From Pseudomonadota bacterium (GTDB lineage: Bacteria; Desulfobacterota; Binatia; Binatales; Binataceae): a DNA stretch of 64,000 nt. Shown piece after piece: positions 20,348 through 29,964 of the stretch. The stretch covers positions 1,129-65,128 of the forward strand of contig JAJPHI010000014.1 in NCBI GenBank assembly GCA_021325355.1, in the 5' to 3' direction. The position numbers and the translations under genes were made by a program. The notes under the pieces are model-generated. The model had not been told where the DNA came from. It saw nothing but the letters and a program-made list of their open reading frames with translations, and did no database searches. Numbering within the stretch: position 1 is the stretch's first letter; each line of letters opens with the position of its first letter.

Positions 20348-20620
20348 GTGGGGGAAACCAATTGCCCGTCATGCGGACTTGAGTTGGCCGACGGCGAGAC
20401 CGTTGCCGGAAAGAAACAGCTTAGCGGCTTAGACGTCGGCATCTGCCGGGGCTGCGGCGAAATCGTCGTAGTCTATCGACGGGACATGCAGGTGGCGCTA
20501 CGCTCGGCGACCGCCGGCGATTATTTGAGCCTGCCCGAAGATGATCAGATGGTTCTGCGCGCGGCCTTCGAGATTGTGCGCGAGCGCTGTCGGATGCGCA
20601 ACGAGACGCCGCTGCATTGA
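20348..20620 (+). CDS. Small Cys-rich hypothetical protein (putative Zn ribbon)
   Basis: GGAGG RBS at 20338-20342; CPSC and CRGC motifs; 90 aa. Confidence 0.7.
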   Translation: MGETNCPSCGLELADGETVAGKKQLSGLDVGICRGCGEIVVVYRRDMQVALRSATAGDYLSLPEDDQMVLRAAFEIVRERCRMRNETPLH

Positions 20621-20665
20621 GCATCAGCGGTTGAAAACCGGAGACGCCGCAGGGCGTGGCGGCGT

Positions 20666-22339
20666 CTAATCGGTGACGGCGCCGAGGCTGCTGCTCGAGA
20701 CCTGCGCCGCGTACTTGGCCAGCACACCGCGCGTGTAACGCGGTTTGGGCGGCGTCCAGGCGGCGCGACGGCGGGCGATCTCATCGTCGGGCAGATTGAG
20801 CTGCAGGATGCGCCGGTCGGCATCGATGGTGATCGAATCGCCCTCGTGGACGAGGGCTATCAGGCCGCCGACCTGCGCTTCCGGCGCAACGTGGCCCACC
20901 ACCAGGCCATAGGTGCCACCGGAGAAGCGGCCGTCGGTGATAAGGCCGACTGAATCGCCGAGGCCGGCACCGATGATGGCCGAGGTCGGCGAGAGCATCT
21001 CGCGCATTCCGGGCCCGCCTTTGGGACCCTCGTAGCGGATCACGACGATATCGCCTTTTTTAATCCTGCCGGCGAGGATGGCTTCGAGCGAATCCTCTTC
21101 ACGTTCAAAGACGCGGGCCGGTCCGGTTATCGAGCGATGCGCGATACCGGTAATTTTGGCGACGCAGCCCTCGGGTGAGAGGTTGCCCTTGAGGATCGCC
21201 AGATGGCCCTGGGGATAGAGCGGGTTGTCCCAGGGTCGAATCACGTCCTGGTTCTTCGGGGGCGCGTCGGGAACTTCGCGAAGGGTTTCGGCGATGGTCT
21301 TGCCGGTCATGGTCATGACGTCGCCATGAATCAGCCCGTGATTGAGGAGCATCTTCATGACCTGCGGGATGCCGCCGACGCGATGGAGATCGGTGGCGAC
21401 GTAGCGGCCGGAGGGCTTGAGATCGCAGAGCACGGGCACGCGCTGGCGAATCTCTTCGAAATCATCGATGACCAGCGGCACTTCGGCCGCATGAGCGATC
21501 GCGAGCAGATGGAGGACGGCGTTAGTCGAGCCGCCGACCGCCATCACGACCGCGATGGCATTTTCGAAGGCCTTGCGGGTCATCACCTCGCGCGGCAGGC
21601 GGCGGTTGCGAATCGCTTCGACGACGGCGGCGGCCGTCTCGGCGGCGCTGACTCCTTTTTCGTCATCCTCGGCAGCCATGGTCGAAGAATACGGGAGGCT
21701 CATGCCCATGGCTTCGATGGCTGAGGACATGGTGTTCGCGGTGTACATCCCGCCGCACGAACCGGCGCCGGGGCAGGCGCGGCGTTCGACTTCGAGCAGC
21801 TCTTTTTCGTCAATCTTGTGAGCGCTGTACTGGCCGACCGCTTCGAAGGCGCTGACGATGGTCAGGTCGCGACCATTGTAATGGCCGGGTTTGATGGTAC
21901 CGCCGTAGACGAACATCGCCGGGATATTCATCCGCGCGATGGCGATCATCGCCCCGGGCATATTTTTGTCGCAGCCGCCGATGACCACCGCGCCGTCCAT
22001 GGCCTGGGCGTTGCAGGCGGTTTCGATCGAATCGGCAATGACCTCGCGCGAGACCAGCGAGTATTTCATTCCCTCGGTGCCCATCGAGATGCCGTCGCTG
22101 ACGGTGATGGTGCCGAACAGTTGCGGCATCGCGCCGGCGCGGCGAATCGCGGTTTCGGCCCGGCGCGCCAGGAGATCGAGGCCGACGTTGCAGGGTGTGA
22201 TGGTGCTGTAGGCGTTGGCGATGCCGACGATGGGTTTGGAGAAATCGTCGTCGCCGAAGCCGACTGCGCGCAGCATCGCACGGTTCGGCGAGCGCTGTAC
22301 GCCCTGAGTCACAACACTGCTGCGAAGATTTTCGGCCAT
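20666..22339 (-). CDS. ilvD: Dihydroxy-acid dehydratase
   Basis: Starts [62 protein letters not shown]. Confidence 0.96.
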   Translation of the reverse strand: MAENLRSSVVTQGVQRSPNRAMLRAVGFGDDDFSKPIVGIANAYSTITPCNVGLDLLARRAETAIRRAGAMPQLFGTITVSDGISMGTEGMKYSLVSREVIADSIETACNAQAMDGAVVIGGCDKNMPGAMIAIARMNIPAMFVYGGTIKPGHYNGRDLTIVSAFEAVGQYSAHKIDEKELLEVERRACPGAGSCGGMYTANTMSSAIEAMGMSLPYSSTMAAEDDEKGVSAAETAAAVVEAIRNRRLPREVMTRKAFENAIAVVMAVGGSTNAVLHLLAIAHAAEVPLVIDDFEEIRQRVPVLCDLKPSGRYVATDLHRVGGIPQVMKMLLNHGLIHGDVMTMTGKTIAETLREVPDAPPKNQDVIRPWDNPLYPQGHLAILKGNLSPEGCVAKITGIAHRSITGPARVFEREEDSLEAILAGRIKKGDIVVIRYEGPKGGPGMREMLSPTSAIIGAGLGDSVGLITDGRFSGGTYGLVVGHVAPEAQVGGLIALVHEGDSITIDADRRILQLNLPDDEIARRRAAWTPPKPRYTRGVLAKYAAQVSSSSLGAVTD

Positions 22340-22558
22340 CGAAGTCGGCTCCCACGGATGCGGCCAGCGGCCGCTGAGTCTTTTTGAAACGGTCTGAATT
22401 GCACCACAGGGCGGCGGGCGCGTGCAAGCCGCCTTGCCCGGGCGGCGGGAATTAAATGTTCGATCACCGGCCCGGCGCACGTGATTCCACATCAACTGGT
22501 AGAGTCGCGAGAAAACCGAAACGGTCGCCGATGCGGGCTTAGTCGGCAGGGGTGGCAC

Positions 22559-23983
22559 ATGAGACGTGGCGTTTGGACGGCAGTTGCGCCGCCGGCAGTG
22601 CTGGCGGCGATGATCGGCGCGGCGGGCGGGCGAGCTCAGGACCGCGGACTGCAGGAGCGGATCCTGAGGCCGGTCGGGGCGCCGGGTCAGGTGCTGAAGC
22701 TCGAGCCGCCGGTCGCTCGCGCCGTCAGGCCGGAGGTGGGCGAGGAGCATGTCGAGCTGATCAACGCGCTTCCCGGGATGCATATTGAGCGGACGGTCTC
22801 GTTCACTCGGTTCATCGACGAGGTCGAGCAGTCGAACCTGGCGCTCGCGGCGCAGCGCTTCAACGTCCCGATCGCTCGCGCCGAGATGGCCGCGGCGCGG
22901 GTCTATCCCGATCCGATAGTCCAGGCCGGCGGCGCGGGCGATGTTTCTACGGAAGATCAGCCGGAAACCTATACCGCCGCGGTCAGTCAGGAAATCGTGA
23001 TCGGGGGCAAAATCGGCGCGCGAGTCGCCGCGGCGCGCGCCGGGGTTACCGCGAGCGACGCCGGTCTCGCCGACTACTGGCGCAATCTGCGGGCGAACGC
23101 GGCCGACGATTTTATCGACGGGGTGACGCAGATTCTGATCATTCAGCGGAAGATCATCGCCCTGCAGCGGGCCGAGCAACTGGTCGCGCTCAATGCGCAG
23201 AATCTGGCGGTGCGGCGGGCCTCGGAAGACAACCTGCTGCGCGCCAGGGTCGGAGAGCTGGAGGCGCGCAGCGACCTGCTGCAGACCGAAGCGGCGCTGC
23301 ATCAGACGCTGGCCGGACTGAGCATTCTAATCGGCCGGCGCGCGGCGAACGGTCTGGTCATGCCGATTGGCGAGCTGGCGCGGACGCCGCGGCATTTCGC
23401 GCTCGAAGAACTGATCGCGCGCGCGGTCGCGTCACGAAGCGACGTGGCGGCGGCGCGCGCCGCGGTCGCAGCCGCCGGAGCGCAGTACCGGCTCGCGCTG
23501 GCCAATCGCCTTCCCGATCCCACCGTCAGCGGCGAGTACCAGCATACGACGGCGACCACGAATTCACTCGACCCGGCGCCGCGCTGGGACTCGCTCGGCG
23601 TACAGCTTCAAATCGCGATTCCGCTGTCCGACTTCAACCGCGGCGCGCGCGAGGCGGCGTACTACACCGAGCTGCAATCCGAGCGGCAACTGCAGGCCGT
23701 CGAGCTTGAGGCAGAGAACGAGGTGCGCAGCGCCTATCAGACCTACCTGCTGGCCGCGGCGACGACGAGCCAGTTCGGCGACGAACTACTGGATGATGCG
23801 AACGCGGTTTACAAGGAGCGGCTGTTCAAGCTGGAGAAGAATCTGGTCGGCCTGACCGACGTCCTCGACGCTCATCAGGCTCTGAATCAGCTTTACCTCG
23901 ACTACTATGAAGCGCTCAACGCGCAGGCCAAAGCCCTGGTGGCGCTGGAGCAGGCCGCCGGCATCTGGGATTTAAGCTTCTAG
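22559..23983 (+). CDS. TolC/outer-membrane efflux family protein
   Basis: Signal-like N-terminus; two OEP-like repeats ([18 protein letters not shown]); ends ALEQAAG. Confidence 0.85.
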   Translation: MRRGVWTAVAPPAVLAAMIGAAGGRAQDRGLQERILRPVGAPGQVLKLEPPVARAVRPEVGEEHVELINALPGMHIERTVSFTRFIDEVEQSNLALAAQRFNVPIARAEMAAARVYPDPIVQAGGAGDVSTEDQPETYTAAVSQEIVIGGKIGARVAAARAGVTASDAGLADYWRNLRANAADDFIDGVTQILIIQRKIIALQRAEQLVALNAQNLAVRRASEDNLLRARVGELEARSDLLQTEAALHQTLAGLSILIGRRAANGLVMPIGELARTPRHFALEELIARAVASRSDVAAARAAVAAAGAQYRLALANRLPDPTVSGEYQHTTATTNSLDPAPRWDSLGVQLQIAIPLSDFNRGAREAAYYTELQSERQLQAVELEAENEVRSAYQTYLLAAATTSQFGDELLDDANAVYKERLFKLEKNLVGLTDVLDAHQALNQLYLDYYEALNAQAKALVALEQAAGIWDLSF

Positions 23984-24035
23984 GGCCGTCGCGGCGGCCG
24001 CGACGCAGTAGCATTCGCTGCGGCTCGTCGGACGC

Positions 24036-26126
24036 TCACCAGCGGACGACCTGTTCGTACACCTTGGGCAGTTGGCGCGGCAGCGACGTGATGTCCTCGA
24101 TAACGAGGTAGCGCGAGGGCGCGCACATCTGCCGCAGATAATCGTGTCCGGTCTTGTCCACGGTGATACAGAACGGCAGGACGCCCGCCATTTCGAGCTC
24201 TTTCAACGCAACCATCGTGTCCTGAATGCCGTAGGCGTTCGAGCGGCGGTCGTGGCCGTAGTCGAAGTCCTGCGGAAAGCCGTCGCTCAACAGGATCACG
24301 TGCTTGGCGCGGGAGGTGACATCCTTGAATTTTTCCCGCACGTGACGGATCGCCGTGCCCATCCGGGTCGAGCGCTTGGGTTCGACGGCACCGACGCGCG
24401 CCTTGACTTCGTCGGTCAGCTCCTGGTCGAACTCCTTGATGACGTAGAATTCGACGTTATCACGACCATGTCCTGAGAAGCCCATGATGGCGTAGGAATC
24501 GCCGAGTTCTTCGAGCGCCTGCGCCATGATGACGAGGGCTTCCTTGTTGACATCGATAATCCGACGCGGGCGCTGCGGCTGATCGGGATTGCGCTGCCAG
24601 GCCTTCGACCAGTCGTCCTGGTCGGGGGCATCCTGACTGTAACGCGGCGGATCGCGATGGATCGGCTCGTCGGTCGAGGCGGACATATCGAGCAGGAAGA
24701 GGGTGGCGACGTCGCGGGCTTCCTTCTTGCGCGCCTTGTAGACGCGGCCGTCGGGAATTTCGCCCATCCGGCGCATCACGCGCGATTCGATCATCCGTTC
24801 GAAGTCGAGCTCGTCGCCGTCTTCGAGGCCGCGCACCATCTTGAACGACGCGGGGCGGATGCGCTGAAAGTTACGGCGCACCTGCGGCAGCATCTCGGCA
24901 TACTGGAGCAGGGTGCGCTCAAAAAAATCGCCGCCGTCGCCCTCGACGATCATCTCGCGCAGGCGGCACCAGTTGCGGCGGTAATCCGCCGCGACGTAGT
25001 CCCATTCGTCGTAGGCGTAGTAGGAGTCCTGGGAGCGGCTGCGGCCGATCATGAGGCGGCCGCCGCCGGGCATCGTGCCGATTTCGCCGAGCTGCTCGCG
25101 CAGTTGTTCGAGCTCCTGCGCTTCCTTGTTGTGCAACTGGGTGAGGTACATCCCCTCGCCCTCGGCGGGGCCGGGGCTCTCGGCGGGTTTGAGCTGCGCG
25201 CCGGCCTCGATCAACTTGCGGATCTCTTCGGGCGTCAGCGGTCGACTGCCCTTGCCCTTGAGCGTCCGTCCGGAGGCATCGAGCTGATTGAACTGGTCCG
25301 TCTCGCCGCCGGCGTCGCCGAGGCTGTCATCACCGGCCATGCCGTCATCGCCGCTTTCGGCGCCGCGCAGGGTGCTGAGCAGGTCGTCGCGCAGATCGCC
25401 GGGATTTTCGCCGAGACCTTCGGCGTCGCCCCTTTCGGCCGCCGCGGCGAATAGCTTCTGCAACCAGGTGTACATCGCGGCGGTGGCGCGGGCGCTGTCG
25501 GCGACGGTCGCCCCGGGCTGGCGGAGCGGCGCGAAATGCTCGGCGGCAGCGCGGATGAAGGCGTTGGATTGGCCGGTTTCGATGCCGTAACCCAGCGATG
25601 CCCGCACCAGCATCGTGCTGAGCGCGAAGGGTTTGAGATTCTCGATGAGGGCGGCGTTCAGCCGCTGCAGCCGCGGCGTCAGGCCGAGGTAGCGGCGGCT
25701 CAGTTCGGCATCGACGCGGGCGGACTCGCAGAGACGCATCAGCGCGCCCGCTAATCCGGGATCGTCGAAGGAGGAGACGTAGCTGTCGATGGCCTCGACG
25801 CCGCGCTCGGCACGTTCCTCGAAGCCGCTCATCTGCGCCAGTTCGAAATCAAAGGTTCCGAACTCGTGCCGGCCCGCCAGATGGCTCGCGGTGAGGACGT
25901 AGTAGTCGCGCGCGGCCTGCTCGCTGCCGAGGCCGGCGATCATATCGGGCAGGTAAATCATCTCGCCGGGCATCAGCGGATAGTGAAACGGCAGCACGGC
26001 GCCGGTGTTGGGTAGCGAGTCGATGCGGAACTCGACCGGAAAGAGCATCCGCATGAACTTGGTCAACATCCCTTTCACCTGGTAAAGGGCGTGGCTGTCG
26101 GCTGGTTCGTTCGGCATTGTCGTCAT
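24036..26126 (-). CDS. VWA-domain protein, NorD/CbbO family
   Basis: YDEWDY, DGDELDFE, MIDAS FLLDMSAST, STRMGTAIRH, LLSDGFPQD, PFCITVD...DYL. Confidence 0.85.
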   Translation of the reverse strand: MTTMPNEPADSHALYQVKGMLTKFMRMLFPVEFRIDSLPNTGAVLPFHYPLMPGEMIYLPDMIAGLGSEQAARDYYVLTASHLAGRHEFGTFDFELAQMSGFEERAERGVEAIDSYVSSFDDPGLAGALMRLCESARVDAELSRRYLGLTPRLQRLNAALIENLKPFALSTMLVRASLGYGIETGQSNAFIRAAAEHFAPLRQPGATVADSARATAAMYTWLQKLFAAAAERGDAEGLGENPGDLRDDLLSTLRGAESGDDGMAGDDSLGDAGGETDQFNQLDASGRTLKGKGSRPLTPEEIRKLIEAGAQLKPAESPGPAEGEGMYLTQLHNKEAQELEQLREQLGEIGTMPGGGRLMIGRSRSQDSYYAYDEWDYVAADYRRNWCRLREMIVEGDGGDFFERTLLQYAEMLPQVRRNFQRIRPASFKMVRGLEDGDELDFERMIESRVMRRMGEIPDGRVYKARKKEARDVATLFLLDMSASTDEPIHRDPPRYSQDAPDQDDWSKAWQRNPDQPQRPRRIIDVNKEALVIMAQALEELGDSYAIMGFSGHGRDNVEFYVIKEFDQELTDEVKARVGAVEPKRSTRMGTAIRHVREKFKDVTSRAKHVILLSDGFPQDFDYGHDRRSNAYGIQDTMVALKELEMAGVLPFCITVDKTGHDYLRQMCAPSRYLVIEDITSLPRQLPKVYEQVVRW

Positions 26127-26268
26127 TGTGGCAAATCAGGCTCGGCCGATGCAATTTTGGCGCGTCAGGCGGATTATTCCCCTCCGGTGCGCACTTGCGA
26201 GGTCTGATCGCAAGGCGGGTTGCCGCTTGACTGCATGCGCGGCCGCTAATTAAGTGGTTGGGCTTTCC

Positions 26269-27681
26269 ATGAGAATCACATTTTTAGCCCGAGTCCTGGG
26301 TCTCAGTCTGCTGGTCGGCGGCCTCCTGATCACTGCCGGAGGGTCAGCGCAGGCGGCGATAAGCGATCAGGTCCGGTACGCGAAGCTGGATAACGGTCTG
26401 CAGCTCATCGTGCTGGAAAATCACAAGGCGCCGGTGGCGACGCTCAACATCTTTTACAAGGTGGGGTCGCGCAATGAACAGTTCGGGCAGACCGGGATCT
26501 CGCACTTGTGCGAGCACCTGATGTTCCGCGGGACCAAGAAGTACGGCCCCGAGGAATTTTCGAAGATCGTGGCGGAGAACGGCGGCGAGGATAACGCCTT
26601 CACGTCGGAGGACTACACCGTCTATTTCGAAATCATCAACCGCGACCATCTGGACGTGCCGATTTCGCTCGAGGCCGACCGGATGGAAAATTTTGCGCCG
26701 CAAGGTTTCGATTCCGAAAAGGCGGTGGTGATGGAGGAGCGGCGCCTGCGCACCGAGGACAATCCGGAAGATGCGCTGGCGGAGATGGTGGCGGCGGCGG
26801 CTTACGTCGCGCATCCGTACCATTGGCCGGTGATCGGCTGGATGCACGATATTCAGGAGCTGACGCTGGAGGACGCGCTCAAATATCATGCGATCCACTA
26901 CTCGCCGCGCTATGCGATTGTAGTGGCGGTCGGTGATTTCGACGGCAACAAGATTCTGACCGCGCTGCGCGACGCGTTCGGCTCGATCAAAAACGGTCCG
27001 GAGGCGATGCCGGTGACCGAGGTTGAACCGCCGCAGGAGGGTGAGCGACGGGTCGTCCTGCGTCATCCGGCGAACCTGCCGGCGTTCGCGTTAGCCTACC
27101 ATGTGCCCAACTATCTGACGGCCAAAGATGCGTTTGCGCTGGAGATCGCCGGCGAGATCCTCGGCGACGGCAAAAGCTCGCGGCTCTACCAGGACCTGGT
27201 CGTCAACAAGCAGTTGACGATCGACCAGGCGGTTGAGTACGACCTGACGGCTTTCGATCCGACGCTCTTCTGGATCTCGGGGCAGATGCGGCCGGGGGTC
27301 AAGACCGACGATGCGATCGCCGAAGTCGATCGCGAGCTGGCGGCGCTGCAGGCTCATCCGCCGTCGCCCGCGGAATTGCAGAAGGCCAAGAACCTCGAGC
27401 AGGCGGAGTTCGTGTTCAGCCAGGACTCCATTTTCCAGGAGGCGCAGGAGTTGGGGCTGTACCAGATGCTCGGCAGTTACCGGATGGTTGATCAATACCT
27501 CGGCCAGATCGACAAGGTCAGCGCCGCTGACGTACAACGGGTGGCGAAACAATACCTGGTCGCCGCCAATCGCACGGTCGGCGTGCTGGTGCCGACGGGC
27601 CTGCTGGTTCACGAGGCGGGCGGCGGTATCGGCGGTCCGATCCGTCATCTGGAGAAAGCCGAGGCGAAGATCCTGCCATGA
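26269..27681 (+). CDS. M16 (pitrilysin-family) zinc peptidase, catalytic subunit, secreted
   Basis: HLCEH inverzincin motif (HxxEH), NAFT, EERR; signal peptide. Confidence 0.92.
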   Translation: MRITFLARVLGLSLLVGGLLITAGGSAQAAISDQVRYAKLDNGLQLIVLENHKAPVATLNIFYKVGSRNEQFGQTGISHLCEHLMFRGTKKYGPEEFSKIVAENGGEDNAFTSEDYTVYFEIINRDHLDVPISLEADRMENFAPQGFDSEKAVVMEERRLRTEDNPEDALAEMVAAAAYVAHPYHWPVIGWMHDIQELTLEDALKYHAIHYSPRYAIVVAVGDFDGNKILTALRDAFGSIKNGPEAMPVTEVEPPQEGERRVVLRHPANLPAFALAYHVPNYLTAKDAFALEIAGEILGDGKSSRLYQDLVVNKQLTIDQAVEYDLTAFDPTLFWISGQMRPGVKTDDAIAEVDRELAALQAHPPSPAELQKAKNLEQAEFVFSQDSIFQEAQELGLYQMLGSYRMVDQYLGQIDKVSAADVQRVAKQYLVAANRTVGVLVPTGLLVHEAGGGIGGPIRHLEKAEAKILP

Positions 27682-29045
27682 AGCGAGTGGCCTTGACGTG
27701 GGCGCTGGCGCTCACGTTCGTGATGGCGAGCGCGGTGAGGTGGGCGGACGCGCTCGAGATCAAGCGCAGCACGCTCAGCAACGGCGCCGTGCTGCTGGTC
27801 TCCGAGCAGCATCAGCTACCGATGGTGACGATGGCGATCGCGTTTGACGCGGGGGCGCGGCGCGACCCGCCGGATAAGGCGGGTCTCGCCGCGCTGACCG
27901 CATCGGCGCTCGAGCAGGGCACGCGCGCGATGGCGGCGGCGGACTTCGACCGCGCGGTCGATTTCATGGGCAGTTCAGTCGGCGTCAGCGCTGACCATGA
28001 CAATGCGGTCGCCGAGATGACCTCGTTGACCAAATACGAGCCGCAGACCCTGCATCTGTTGGCGCAGATGCTGACGCAGCCCGGCCTGCGCGACGCCGAT
28101 ATCGTGCGCAAGCGCGGCGATCAACTGGCCGGGCTCAAGGCGGCGGACGAACAGCCGGAGTATGTTGCCCAGGTCGCGTTCATCAAACAACTGTTCGGTG
28201 ACACGCCCTACGGCCATCCGATCGCGGGCTTTCCGCAATCCGTCGCGCGGCTTTCGCCGGACGATGTCCGCCGCTTTTATCGCGATCATTACCGGATCGG
28301 CAGCGCCATCATCGCGGTGACCGGCGATGTGCAGGCCGCGGCGATCAAGCAGCAGCTCGAACGCGAGCTGGTTGGTCTCGACGGTACCGTACCGCCGCAG
28401 GCCGCGCCGCCGGCCCCCGCAGTTGCCCCCGGCATCCATCTGACCGTGATTGATCGGGCGATCGCGCAGGCCAATTTGATCATCGGTTCCGGCGGGGTCG
28501 CCCGTTCCGATCCCGACTATTACAAGCTGCAGGTGATGAACTACATCCTGGGCGGCGGCGGTTTTTCCTCGCGTCTGATGAAAGTCGTGCGCAGCAAGGG
28601 CGGGCTCGCCTATTCGGTGGACAGCGGCTTTGAGGCCGGCAAGTTTCCCGGGGCCTTCCTGGTGGTGCTGCAGACCAAGAACGCGAGCGCCAACGAAGCG
28701 CTCAAGCTAGTGATCGAACAACTGCGCGAGATCCGCGACGCGCCGGTATCGTCGGCCGAGCTCGAGGCGGCGAAGAAGTATCTCATCGGATCGTTTCCGC
28801 TGAAGCTCGATCGGCAGAGCCAGATCGCCTCGTTCATGCTGGAGACGGAACTTTTCGGCCTCGGTCTCGACTATGCCGACCGCTATCCGGCACTGATCAA
28901 CGCGGTCAGCGTGAACGACGTCCAAGCGATGGCGCGCAAGTATATCCATCCGGACGCGATCGACATTATCGCCGTTGCCGATCAGTCAGAGGCGAGGGTA
29001 GCGGTGGCGAGCTTCGCCGCGACCGCGACCGCCGCCAATCATTAA
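27678..29045 (+). CDS. M16 peptidase, non-catalytic subunit
   Basis: Lacks HxxEH; has GGGGFSSRL...VRSKGGLAY (R/Y pair); ATGA overlap with the partner gene. Confidence 0.9.
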   Translation: MKRVALTWALALTFVMASAVRWADALEIKRSTLSNGAVLLVSEQHQLPMVTMAIAFDAGARRDPPDKAGLAALTASALEQGTRAMAAADFDRAVDFMGSSVGVSADHDNAVAEMTSLTKYEPQTLHLLAQMLTQPGLRDADIVRKRGDQLAGLKAADEQPEYVAQVAFIKQLFGDTPYGHPIAGFPQSVARLSPDDVRRFYRDHYRIGSAIIAVTGDVQAAAIKQQLERELVGLDGTVPPQAAPPAPAVAPGIHLTVIDRAIAQANLIIGSGGVARSDPDYYKLQVMNYILGGGGFSSRLMKVVRSKGGLAYSVDSGFEAGKFPGAFLVVLQTKNASANEALKLVIEQLREIRDAPVSSAELEAAKKYLIGSFPLKLDRQSQIASFMLETELFGLGLDYADRYPALINAVSVNDVQAMARKYIHPDAIDIIAVADQSEARVAVASFAATATAANH

Positions 29046-29180
29046 GCTCTGACGCTGCGCGTTGCGGCCGAGCCTCATCGCGAGGCATTTGCGCGACTGC
29101 CGCGCCTGCAGCGCGCATTCATTGATTGTCATCCGGCAGCTAAAGAAGCTTTCTGAAGCGTTTGGAGGACTCGCCGAGGC

Positions 29181-29196
29181 TGGCACGTTTTCCGCT
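29181..29196 (+). promoter_or_regulatory. Candidate sigma54 (-24/-12) promoter
   Basis: TGGCACGTTTTCCGCT: TGGCAC-N5 spacing puts GG and GC at the canonical distance; CC replaces the consensus TT before GC. Confidence 0.55.
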
Positions 29197-29206
29197 CATT
29201 CATCGG

Positions 29207-29305
29207 CTTCGGTGCACGCCTAAGCGGACCGAAAGGGGGAAGCGGTTGGGCGAGGCGTGCACACGGAAAGGCCGCGAGCCTAAAGGGGGGCTCGCGGCCT
29301 TCGCT
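29207..29305 (+). ncRNA. Putative structured small RNA with two hairpins
   Basis: Stem GTGCACGCCT (29212-29221) / AGGCGTGCAC (29253-29262); stem AAGGCCGCGAGCC (29268-29280) / GGCTCGCGGCCTT (29289-29301); starts about 12 nt after the sigma54-like -12 element; lies between convergent genes. Confidence 0.5.
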
Positions 29306-29328
29306 CTCGGCAAAAGTTGGTTGGGCGC

Positions 29329-29787
29329 TCAGTCGAGGCGTTCGAGGACGAAGACCGGAATCTGCCGCGCGGTCTTTTTCGCGTAATCATTGAAGATAGG
29401 CATCGCCGCCGCATGCTGTTTGAACAGACGCTCGCGTTCCGCTCCGGTGGTCGGCGTTGCTCGCGCGCGGAATTTTTCGGTGCCAATCTCGACCGTGCAA
29501 AGCGGATTCTTGATGAGATTGTGGTACCACGGCGGATTGTGCGGACCTCCCGCGTACGAGGCCACGATGACGCAGCGGTTACCGTCGCGCGAGTAGACCA
29601 GGGGACGCGTGATCTGGCGGCCGCTTTTGGCGCCGGTGCAGGTGATCAGGATGACCGGCATGCCCTCCATCATGCCTCCGACCTTGCCACCATTGGCGCG
29701 AAATTCAGCGATCACTTTCTCGTTGTACTCGGCCATCGCCTGGCGGTTGGCCGCGATACGTGAGCTTTCTTCGGCGGTGGGTGCCAT
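29329..29787 (-). CDS. F420-dependent deazaflavin nitroreductase (Ddn/FDOR-A family)
   Basis: NEKVIAEFRANGG, TGAKSGR...PL, VASYAG...NPPWYHNL..NP, Y..KT.RQIPVFVL. Confidence 0.9.
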   Translation of the reverse strand: MAPTAEESSRIAANRQAMAEYNEKVIAEFRANGGKVGGMMEGMPVILITCTGAKSGRQITRPLVYSRDGNRCVIVASYAGGPHNPPWYHNLIKNPLCTVEIGTEKFRARATPTTGAERERLFKQHAAAMPIFNDYAKKTARQIPVFVLERLD

Positions 29788-29964
29788 TGAATCCTCCTGC
29801 GGAGTCAGAGTCGGCTACTTTTATCGCGCGTTGCGCATGATCGGCGCAAGGCGGCGCTCGGCGCGGGCAACGGATGGCGAGCATAAGGCGAGGGTCAGCG
29901 CGCAATGCGATGCGCGCGGCCGCTCGCGATTAAGCGTCCCGAAGCGGGCGCGGTCGGAGTCGGA

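Noticed and set aside
22340..23302. Apparent 320-aa N-terminal extension of IlvD
   Set aside because: Overlaps the TolC gene antisense; IlvD similarity starts at MAENLRS (22339)
29162..29386. 74-aa plus-strand ORF across the candidate sRNA
   Set aside because: TTG start without an SD, not protein-like, begins upstream of the putative promoter and runs into ddn
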